NCBI GenBank assembly: GCA_031267375.1
Contig: JAIRZE010000023.1
Location: 1-25,585 of the forward strand
Length of the DNA: 25,585 nucleotides
Reading direction: 5' to 3'
Source of the DNA: Rickettsiales bacterium
GTDB lineage: Bacteria; Pseudomonadota; Alphaproteobacteria; Rs-D84
The notes under the pieces were generated by a model, which saw only the letters and a program-made list of their open reading frames with translations, was not told the origin of the DNA and did no database searches. Position numbers and translations under genes: made by a program. This document shows, in pieces, positions 14,930 through 21,999 of this stretch (position 1 is its first letter; every line of letters begins with the position of its first letter).

Positions 14930-15898
14930 TCACATCAGCCGCAATATTTTCAAACTTATCATCATCTCGGAAATATATTTCGCCAGATACATATCGCGCA
15001 AAGAATCAAACTGGCTGCATCCGGATTCCAGCTCGCTCATTTTCTTCATAAATATTTCGTTCCGGCGAGTTGGCTCAAAATATGATCGCAGATTTTCAAA
15101 ATATTCCGCGCCCATAATATCCAGGGCATTAATATTATCAAACTGAAACACCTGTTCCATAACCCGGTTCCACCCGATCGGCGCGGCCGCATTTCTGCCG
15201 CGCAAGGCAGCTTGCATTTCAGCCGCAGTGTCCGTTAATTTTTGCTTTGTGTTGTTTGGCAATGTTTGCGAGTAAATATTAATCTGGCTTTCGCCGTCCG
15301 AAAGATCGCGCGCGGATTCGTCAAGGATCAGCTGCAATTCCGCCCGCGATATTTCCGCGCCGATTTCATTATTATCCAGCCAGTCGGCGTAAGCGCCGTA
15401 AAACCGGCTGGAATAAATCAGCGCGACAGAATGTTCGGATTCTGAAATTCTCTTTTTTTCCGATCCGATAATTTCCCCGGCAAATGCTTGCTGCAAAGAT
15501 CCTGTTTCCAAATATATTTTCCGCCGCCACAGCAATTCGGACGCGCGCGCCGCTATTTCATCATAAAACACAAAGTCTGAAATCTGCGCAGATGTCAATC
15601 CTTGCAAAGAAATTTGATAATCCGCAAAATGTTTTGACTCGTGGATTTTTATTCCGGGAATCCGCTGATTCAGCTTGTCTATCGCGCCGGATAATCCGGG
15701 CCTGGCATCCGGCGCGGGCGTGAAGAATTTTATAAAAATTGATTTTTTTGAATGATTGTACCCGCCTTGGTTTTGCGCCAATTCGCTTTCATTGGATATA
15801 GGAATTGTGTCAATGCGGACATCCTGGCCGGCGGCGCGCGGCGCGCCGAACCCCAGCGCCGCCAAGCCAAGCGCGAACAGGCGCTTTTTATGAAACAT
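14930..15898 (-). CDS. Secreted HExxH (gluzincin-like) protein; paralog of 89..1258
   Basis: 322 aa. Signal peptide MFHKKRLFALGLAALGFGAPRAAG. HESKH motif with DEIAARASELL about 20 aa downstream. Its start overlaps the upstream Cys-rich gene by 11 nt. Confidence 0.6.
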   Translation of the reverse strand: MFHKKRLFALGLAALGFGAPRAAGQDVRIDTIPISNESELAQNQGGYNHSKKSIFIKFFTPAPDARPGLSGAIDKLNQRIPGIKIHESKHFADYQISLQGLTSAQISDFVFYDEIAARASELLWRRKIYLETGSLQQAFAGEIIGSEKKRISESEHSVALIYSSRFYGAYADWLDNNEIGAEISRAELQLILDESARDLSDGESQINIYSQTLPNNTKQKLTDTAAEMQAALRGRNAAAPIGWNRVMEQVFQFDNINALDIMGAEYFENLRSYFEPTRRNEIFMKKMSELESGCSQFDSLRDMYLAKYISEMMISLKILRLM

Positions 15899-16307
15899 AG
15901 CTGAAAGACCCGCTAGTATCGGATCCCGTAGAGGGGCAATTGCATTCGCAGGTGCAGGCGGAATTTGTGGAACACAAAGCGCTTACCGGCGTCCCTGGCG
16001 CGCATCCTGTGTTGGTGCAGGTCGGATTAGCCTCGCAAGCGCAGGTTGATGTGCCTTGATTTACCGCGTGATAACCGGTATCGCAGGTGCAGGTGTATTG
16101 CGGATAGTCTGACGCAGTGCCAGATGAACACGGACACATCATTCCGTTTGAGTCTTTTGTGCCGCAGGCGACATAGGCTTCAGTTCTTCTTTTACCGCCG
16201 GTAATAGTTATTGTTGAGCAGCAATCTATGCAACTTATGGCTGCTGCATATGCGTCGCAGGCTGCAAATATTCCAAACATAAATAATACAAAGGATTTGA
16301 TTTTCAT
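15888..16307 (-). CDS. Secreted Cys/Thr/Ser-rich protein
   Basis: Start reassigned to MKIKSFVLFMFGIFAACDAYA (RBS AGGGGGA). The mature part of about 117 aa has 17 Cys by my count, many in CxC motifs (CPC, CTC, CAC, CTCECNC). Confidence 0.65.
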   Translation of the reverse strand: MKIKSFVLFMFGIFAACDAYAAAISCIDCCSTITITGGKRRTEAYVACGTKDSNGMMCPCSSGTASDYPQYTCTCDTGYHAVNQGTSTCACEANPTCTNTGCAPGTPVSALCSTNSACTCECNCPSTGSDTSGSFSYVS

Positions 16308-16343
16308 TTTTCTTTTTCCCCCTGTCCTGCAAAATTCCCTGAA

Positions 16344-16401
16344 CGAACACGATGTGTTCGTCATCCCGACCTTCGTCGGGATGACGCCGCGGGCCGCGGC
16401 G
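16344..16401. repeat. Cluster of three abutting hairpins, including a REP-like 12-bp-stem element
   Basis: CGAACAC-GAT-GTGTTCG (16344-16360). CGTCATCCCGAC-CTTC-GTCGGGATGACG (16359-16386). CGCCGCG-GGC-CGCGGCG (16385-16401). The middle hairpin is homologous, in reverse orientation, to 21947-21974. Confidence 0.85.
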
Positions 16402-16423
16402 TTTATGTAAAAAGTTAATTTTC

Positions 16424-16452
16424 GTAAAAGAAAACCGCCAAGGAATTGGCGG
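16424..16452 (-). terminator. Intrinsic terminator
   Basis: CCGCCAA-UUCC-UUGGCGG followed by UUUUCUUUU on the minus strand. Confidence 0.65.
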
Positions 16453-16564
16453 TCAGGGAGTTAGAAAAATCATAAATATCAAATGACCCCGTCAGCTTTC
16501 GTCTGACCTTTACAGGCGAAACTGTTTTATAACTGACGGCCCCCCGACCCGGTCGGAGGTGCAT

Positions 16565-16585
16565 AAAAAAAGACGCATCCGCGCC
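16565..16585 (-). terminator. Intrinsic terminator
   Basis: GGCGC-GGAU-GCGUC followed by U7 on the minus strand (A-run 16565-16571 on +). Confidence 0.65.
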
Positions 16586-16714
16586 ATCTGTTATGCGGAT
16601 TCAATACAGCTTTTCTGTACTGGATATTTTCAGGATTTTCTAAGTCCTTGAACACACATCCCTGTGGATTCATTCAAAACTTTATCTGTTTTTTATGGAA
16701 ATGTAAAGGAGAAA

Positions 16715-16839
16715 AGTGGTCAGGGGTCAGGGGTTAGTGGTCAGCAGTATGATTGTAAAAGAACAATTTTCTTAAAAAATAAAATTGCTCTTCATTTGCG
16801 ACATACTGCTGACCACTAACCACTGCCCCCTGACCACTA
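16715..16839. repeat. 37-bp inverted repeat (35/37 match) built of GGTCAGG-like heptamers, flanking a 50-bp AT-rich spacer
   Basis: The left arm (16715-16751, AGTGGTCAGGGGTCAGGGGTTAGTGGTCAGCAGTATG) matches the reverse complement of 16802-16838. It begins 2 nt after the AsmA-like stop codon. Confidence 0.85.
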
Positions 16840-16840
16840 A

Positions 16841-19327
16841 TTAAAACTTGTCGTGGCTGGAAACAAAATCGCGCAGGTAATCCGGATCAAAGCTTATCAT
16901 TATTTCAGACAACGAATATCCGCGCCGGCCGTTCGCATCCACAGATAATGCTATCGGTTGCGGCGCCGGCGAAGTTCCGCGCAAAATCAGATTCATCTGC
17001 GCCGTCATACGACCGTTAGCAAACTGCAAATTGCCGCCCGCATCGCAATGCGGCAATGACATTTGAAACGGAACCGTTGTCGCGAATCTTCCGTTTTCAT
17101 ATTTTCCGATAACGCGCAATTTTTTCAAGCGCGTCCGCCCGCCGTCCAATGCGGCCGCCAAAGCGTATTCCGCGTTCAGCTTTGTAATGTCTTCCGCGCC
17201 CGCGTAAAATTTATCCAGCCCCAGGCCCGCGACTTCACCGCCGTCAAAAGACAAGTCCAAATCGCCGGAAAGATTGTGCCATATATCATCCGCTATCTTT
17301 CCGCTGGTGGCCAAAGAAATATCAGCTGTCAAATATCCGCCGGATATATTCAATCCATTTGCAGAATTTACCAGCAAGTCGTGCAGGACGAACTTGTTCA
17401 ATTGCACGACGGCGGAATATTCATTTTTATTCTTTTTTATATCGGCCAATAAACTGCCGTTTTTTGAATCGGTTATTGAAAAACTTTGCGAGCCATCACG
17501 CAATGAATACGCAAAATTATCAAACTCCATTCCACTGAATATAACACTGTCCGCAAGCAATGAAATGCGAATGCCGGAAAGCTCCAAAGGTGCCAGAATC
17601 GGCGCGTTTGAAAGGAATTGCTGCTCTTCGTAATCATCCAGATAATCCTGGCTGATAAAAGAATCCAGATTCAGCAGATCTGTTTTCAGCGATATGCTCG
17701 CGCCATTGGCAGAGCCTTCAAAAATATGCCCTGCGATTTCTATTTTCAAGTCCGCGATATTGCCGTTTTTATATTTTCCGGAAATTTCCACCGGCATACC
17801 GGATTTCAAAAACCTGGTGTCTATGTTTATTTCAAAGGCTTTCAGCAGGCGCAGCGCATCTTGGTGAGCGAACGAGAATTTCAGCCCGTCAAAATTCAGA
17901 CTCCAATCCGCGGTCTGGAAATAAATGCTTTTTATTTCGTTGTCCGCAAAAACCTCGCGCAGGGCGCCGCGATTCACAAGCATTTCTTTTGACACCAGCG
18001 GAAAATTCAAAATGCCAAGGCCCTCTTCCAAAGATATATTTTCGGAATTATAGTTTATGACATACCGGCCGCCTTTGATAATCATAGTTCCATTTGCAAA
18101 CGGCGTCGTAAAGGCAACTTTTCCGTCGCGCTTTCCAAAATAATCGCTGAACTGGCCGGGCGCAGGCAAAGCGTTGCCGTTAAAAATCATATCGTATGAT
18201 TTTTTATTTACGGACAGCGCGCCGGTTGCTGAAAATGATTGATAATCTTTTAATATAAATTCTTCGCATACGAATTCTTCCGGCGTTCCGGAAAACAAGC
18301 ATTCGTATTCCGGCGTAGAAAGCATAATGCGCGACGCGCCGTCCGCGCCGATCTTTCCGCCGATGGCTTTCATATCATCTGCGGCAATTTTGTTAATTAT
18401 GACTTCATCACCCTGCCCCGCCGCATTTATTTGAATACGCGAAAAGTCGCGGCCTGCGAATTTCAAGCGGCCGCTTAAATCCAAATCGTATTGCGAGTTA
18501 TTGAAGACAGACGCATCCGCCAATAAAAAGGACAAATCAAAATTTATATTCCGCGCGGATAATATTATGCGACGCGAACCGTCTTCATACAAATTAATTT
18601 CGCCGGAAAATTCGCCGCCGGCCGCATTACCTGCAATATCATAAAAACGAAATCCGTATTTTCCGTCCCATTCAAAACTCATATTAACTTTTACCGCGCC
18701 GCGAATTTTTGGGGTTTCCACCGCGAACCAGTCATTAAAGCCGTCGGTGTTTATCGCAAAAGTCCCGCGCGCGCTGCCGTCCGAAAACAAGTGTCCGGAT
18801 ATTTCCAAATTCTCGTTCGCATTGCGGATTTGAAATTCGTCGCCCTGGCTTTGAAAGTCATATCTGTGCTCGCTGGTGCGGACGGTGCCGCGCAGAATTC
18901 CGCCGGCCAATATGCCGTCCGTTATTTCATAATCCTTGCCCAGAAAGCTGATGATGGAATTTCGTATCGTTATTTCCAAATTATTTGCAGGCGGCGACAA
19001 TTCCGAAACCTGCAAGCGCGCGCCACTGACCGTTATTTTATCCGGCAATCTTAACGCGCCCAGATCAAAAACAGAAGACAACGGCACCGCGAAAACGACA
19101 GAGTCCACCGTTCCGTTCGGCAGCTTTACATCGTGGATGGCGATTGTCGCGCGACCCAGCAAACTGAAATGCACGGGGCCGTCAATCTGAATTCCCAATA
19201 CATTTTCTATCTGGGGGCGCAGGCGGTCAAGATTTATAAAAGGCGGAATAATGACGACGCAAAGCGCTAACGCGCCGGCGAGTCCCGTAAAAGACCAAAA
19301 AATCCTGCGTTTATAGCGCGGCTTCAT
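16841..19327 (-). CDS. AsmA-family outer-membrane biogenesis protein
   Basis: Start reassigned to MKPRYKRRIFWSFTGLAGALALCVVIIPPFINLDRLRPQIENVL, an AsmA-type N-terminal anchor. It is long and predicted beta-rich, with a C-terminal LSGDLDLSFDGGEVAGLGLDKFY block. Confidence 0.6.
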   Translation of the reverse strand: MKPRYKRRIFWSFTGLAGALALCVVIIPPFINLDRLRPQIENVLGIQIDGPVHFSLLGRATIAIHDVKLPNGTVDSVVFAVPLSSVFDLGALRLPDKITVSGARLQVSELSPPANNLEITIRNSIISFLGKDYEITDGILAGGILRGTVRTSEHRYDFQSQGDEFQIRNANENLEISGHLFSDGSARGTFAINTDGFNDWFAVETPKIRGAVKVNMSFEWDGKYGFRFYDIAGNAAGGEFSGEINLYEDGSRRIILSARNINFDLSFLLADASVFNNSQYDLDLSGRLKFAGRDFSRIQINAAGQGDEVIINKIAADDMKAIGGKIGADGASRIMLSTPEYECLFSGTPEEFVCEEFILKDYQSFSATGALSVNKKSYDMIFNGNALPAPGQFSDYFGKRDGKVAFTTPFANGTMIIKGGRYVINYNSENISLEEGLGILNFPLVSKEMLVNRGALREVFADNEIKSIYFQTADWSLNFDGLKFSFAHQDALRLLKAFEINIDTRFLKSGMPVEISGKYKNGNIADLKIEIAGHIFEGSANGASISLKTDLLNLDSFISQDYLDDYEEQQFLSNAPILAPLELSGIRISLLADSVIFSGMEFDNFAYSLRDGSQSFSITDSKNGSLLADIKKNKNEYSAVVQLNKFVLHDLLVNSANGLNISGGYLTADISLATSGKIADDIWHNLSGDLDLSFDGGEVAGLGLDKFYAGAEDITKLNAEYALAAALDGGRTRLKKLRVIGKYENGRFATTVPFQMSLPHCDAGGNLQFANGRMTAQMNLILRGTSPAPQPIALSVDANGRRGYSLSEIMISFDPDYLRDFVSSHDKF

Positions 19328-19341
19328 AATTTCATTCTCTC

Positions 19342-19369
19342 TTGTAATTTGATTATAATAGATTATATT
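19342..19369 (+). promoter_or_regulatory. Promoter TTGTAA-16nt-TATATT upstream of uvrB
   Basis: -35 at 19342-19347 and -10 at 19364-19369. The GTG start at 19377 lies 7 nt after the -10 box. Confidence 0.45.
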
Positions 19370-19376
19370 TGTTCTT

Positions 19377-21449
19377 GTGAATAAAAATCTTTTTAGTCTT
19401 GAAAGCAATTACAAGCCGACCGGCGACCAGCCGGCCGCCATCCGCGAATTGGAATCGGGTCTGAATGACGGGCGGCGCAGCCAAGTCCTGCTGGGGGTAA
19501 CAGGCAGTGGCAAGACCTTTACAATGGCGAATATTATCCGCGATATGGGGCGCCCCGCGCTGATTATGGCGCATAACAAAGTCCTGGCGGCCCAGCTTTA
19601 TACGGAAATGAAGTCCTTTTTCCCGAACAATCATATTGAATACTTTGTTTCCTATTATGATTATTATCAACCCGAAGCTTATATGCCGACGACGGATACC
19701 TATATAGACAAAGACGCCAGCATAAACGACCAGCTGGACAGAATGCGGCACAGCGCCACGCGCGCTATGCTGGAAGAGCGGGATGTTGTCGTCGTATCGT
19801 CGGTATCGTCAATTTACGGCCTGGGAAGTCCGGAACAATACGCCGGGATGAAGGCTGTGTTTAATCACGGCGATAAAATTGGCGCCGCGGATGTGGCGCG
19901 CGCTTTGGTGGATATTCAATACGCACGGAATGATGTTGCGTTTGAGCGCGGCGACTTCCGCGTGCGCGGCGATACTTTGGATATTTTCCCGTCGCACAGC
20001 CAGGACCGCGGCTGGAAGCTTTCATTTTTCGGGGATGAAATAGAAGATATATGGGAATTTGATACGCTTACCGGCGGGAAAACGCGCCAGTTGGACAGAA
20101 TCGCGGTTTATCCGAATACTCATTACGCAACGCCTATGCCGACGATTATGCAGGCATTGGGGCAAATCCGCAAAGACTTGGATAACCGGCTGGAATTCTT
20201 TCATAATAATATGAAATATGTGGAAGAGCAGCGGCTTCGCGAGCGCACTAATTTTGATATAGAGATGATGGAGCAAACCGGCAGCTGCCGCGGCATAGAG
20301 AACTATTCGCGGTATCTGTCGGGCCGTGCCCCGGGCCAGCCGCCGCCTACATTGTTTGAATACTTGCCGAAAGACGCGATTTTGTTTGTGGACGAATCGC
20401 ACGTAACGGTGCCGCAGATCGGGGCTATGTACAAGGGCGACCGGTCGCGCAAAACTACACTGATAGATTACGGATTTCGTCTGCCCAGCGCATTGGACAA
20501 CCGGCCGCTGACTTTTGAAGAATGGGACTCGCTTCGCCCGCAGAGCATTTTCGTATCGGCCACCCCTGCGGATTGGGAACTGACCCAGGCCGGCGGCTTG
20601 GTGGCAGAGCAGATAATCCGGCCGACGGGACTGCTGGATCCGATTTGCGATGTAAAGCCGACCGCGCATCAGGTTGACGATTTATTGGAAGAGATAAAAA
20701 AAATTACAAACAAAGGACAAAGGACAAAAGGACAGGTGCCAGATAAATGTCCATCTGTCCATTTGTCCATTTGTCCTTCTTCTGCCGTTCTTGTTACCAC
20801 CCTTACGAAAAAAATGTCAGAGCAATTGACGGACTATCTGTGCGAAAACGGGGTTCGCGCGAAATATCTACACAGCGATATTGAAACTTTGGAGCGCATA
20901 GAACTGCTGCGCGAACTGCGCCTGGGCGAATATGATGTCCTGGTAGGAATCAATTTATTGCGCGAAGGGCTGGATATTCCGGAATGCGAATTGGTCGCAA
21001 TTATGGACGCGGACAAAGAGGGATTCCTGCGCAGCGCGCGTTCTTTGATCCAGACCATTGGCCGCGCTGCGCGAAACAAAAACGGCCGGGTTATTTTATA
21101 CGCCGACAAGATAACGGATTCTATGAAGGTCGCATTGGATGAAACCGCGCGCCGGCGCCAGATACAGAGCGAATACAACGCGGCGAACGGAATAACCCCG
21201 CGCACCGTGATAAAGTCTGTTTTTGCAGAGGTCGGGGACAAGGACGACGCGTCAAAAATAAAAGACCGCGGTCTAAAATTCGTGTATAATAAAAACGGCG
21301 GCGTTATGGACAGGAAAGACTTGGAAAAAGAAATAACAAAGCTGACAAAGCAGATGCATAAATTCGCCGAGAATTTGGAATTTGAAATGGCGGGAAAGCT
21401 GCGGGATGAAATCCGAAAAATGCAGGACGACTTGCTGTTGTTGGAGTAG
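19377..21449 (+). CDS. uvrB: Excinuclease ABC subunit B (UvrB), with an in-frame insertion of about 21 aa
   Basis: [63 protein letters not shown] and QTIGRAARN, plus the C-terminal UVR motif [15 protein letters not shown] start. Confidence 0.95.
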   Translation: MNKNLFSLESNYKPTGDQPAAIRELESGLNDGRRSQVLLGVTGSGKTFTMANIIRDMGRPALIMAHNKVLAAQLYTEMKSFFPNNHIEYFVSYYDYYQPEAYMPTTDTYIDKDASINDQLDRMRHSATRAMLEERDVVVVSSVSSIYGLGSPEQYAGMKAVFNHGDKIGAADVARALVDIQYARNDVAFERGDFRVRGDTLDIFPSHSQDRGWKLSFFGDEIEDIWEFDTLTGGKTRQLDRIAVYPNTHYATPMPTIMQALGQIRKDLDNRLEFFHNNMKYVEEQRLRERTNFDIEMMEQTGSCRGIENYSRYLSGRAPGQPPPTLFEYLPKDAILFVDESHVTVPQIGAMYKGDRSRKTTLIDYGFRLPSALDNRPLTFEEWDSLRPQSIFVSATPADWELTQAGGLVAEQIIRPTGLLDPICDVKPTAHQVDDLLEEIKKITNKGQRTKGQVPDKCPSVHLSICPSSAVLVTTLTKKMSEQLTDYLCENGVRAKYLHSDIETLERIELLRELRLGEYDVLVGINLLREGLDIPECELVAIMDADKEGFLRSARSLIQTIGRAARNKNGRVILYADKITDSMKVALDETARRRQIQSEYNAANGITPRTVIKSVFAEVGDKDDASKIKDRGLKFVYNKNGGVMDRKDLEKEITKLTKQMHKFAENLEFEMAGKLRDEIRKMQDDLLLLE
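20706..20780. repeat. Palindromic tandem-heptamer element inside the uvrB coding sequence
   Basis: Left arm AAGGACAAAGGACAAAAGGACAG (20713-20735). Right arm CTGTCCATTTGTCCATTTGTCCTT (20755-20778). It encodes [27 protein letters not shown] in frame. Confidence 0.85.
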
Positions 21450-21454
21450 CGGCT

Positions 21455-21862
21455 ATGAAAATAAAATTAAATAATTTAACTGAAACACTAAAATTCGCGG
21501 CGAATTTTGCAAAAACTCTGCAAAGCCCGCAAACGGTGGCATTGCACGGGGATTTGGGTATGGGCAAGTCAGTGGTGGCGCGCGCGATAATACAAACCCT
21601 GCGCGGGGCGGATACAGTGGTCCCCAGCCCGACATTTACTTTGGTTCAGAATTACGACGGGCTTTCGCATTTTGATTTGTACCGGATTTCGGACGCGTCG
21701 GAATTGGAAGAAATCGGATTATCGCACGCAATTGCGAATGATATTACATTGATAGAGTGGCCGGAAATAGCGGCGGACCGCCTGCCCCGGGACACAATTC
21801 ATATTTACATAACGGGCAGCGGGGATACGCGGGAAATAGAAATAATTAAAAGTGCAAAATAA
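21455..21862 (+). CDS. tsaE: tRNA t6A37 biosynthesis protein TsaE
   Basis: 135 aa. LHGDLGMGKSVVARAI (P-loop), VPSPTFTLVQNY, HFDLYRI and IEWPE. Confidence 0.85.
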   Translation: MKIKLNNLTETLKFAANFAKTLQSPQTVALHGDLGMGKSVVARAIIQTLRGADTVVPSPTFTLVQNYDGLSHFDLYRISDASELEEIGLSHAIANDITLIEWPEIAADRLPRDTIHIYITGSGDTREIEIIKSAK

Positions 21863-21864
21863 AA

Positions 21865-21890
21865 CCGGCTTTGCCGGATTTTTAATTTCT
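21865..21890 (+). terminator. Intrinsic terminator after tsaE
   Basis: CCGGC-TTT-GCCGG followed by ATTTTTAATTT. Confidence 0.55.
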
Positions 21891-21931
21891 CAAAAATGTA
21901 AGTAATGTATATTTTTAGATGCTTTTACTAA

Positions 21932-21992
21932 ACGCCCCGTCAGGGGCGTCATCCCGGCGAAGGCCGGGATGACGATTTACTTCGTAAATCGT
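21932..21992. repeat. Cluster of three abutting hairpins, including a REP-like 12-bp-stem element
   Basis: ACGCCCC-GTCA-GGGGCGT (21932-21949). CGTCATCCCGGC-GAAG-GCCGGGATGACG (21947-21974). ACGATTTAC-TTC-GTAAATCGT (21972-21992). It lies between the convergent tsaE and aspS genes. Confidence 0.85.
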
Positions 21993-21999
21993 TTTGGTT

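Noticed and set aside
14927-14932. Convergent stop codons TAA and TCA (TGA) abut with zero intergenic nucleotides.
   Set aside because: This is real in the sequence, but it is probably just tight packing. It may also indicate that the 124-aa ORF is mis-called. It is not informative by itself.
16752-16801. The 50-bp spacer between the 37-bp inverted repeats as an invertible promoter.
   Set aside because: I found no acceptable -35/-10 pair on either strand. Its position immediately after a stop codon fits a 3'-end structure better.
10648-20780. Tandem short repeats considered as a possible CRISPR array.
   Set aside because: The units are 7-8 nt with no spacers, the arrays have 3-4 copies, and there are no cas genes. 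These are not CRISPR arrays.
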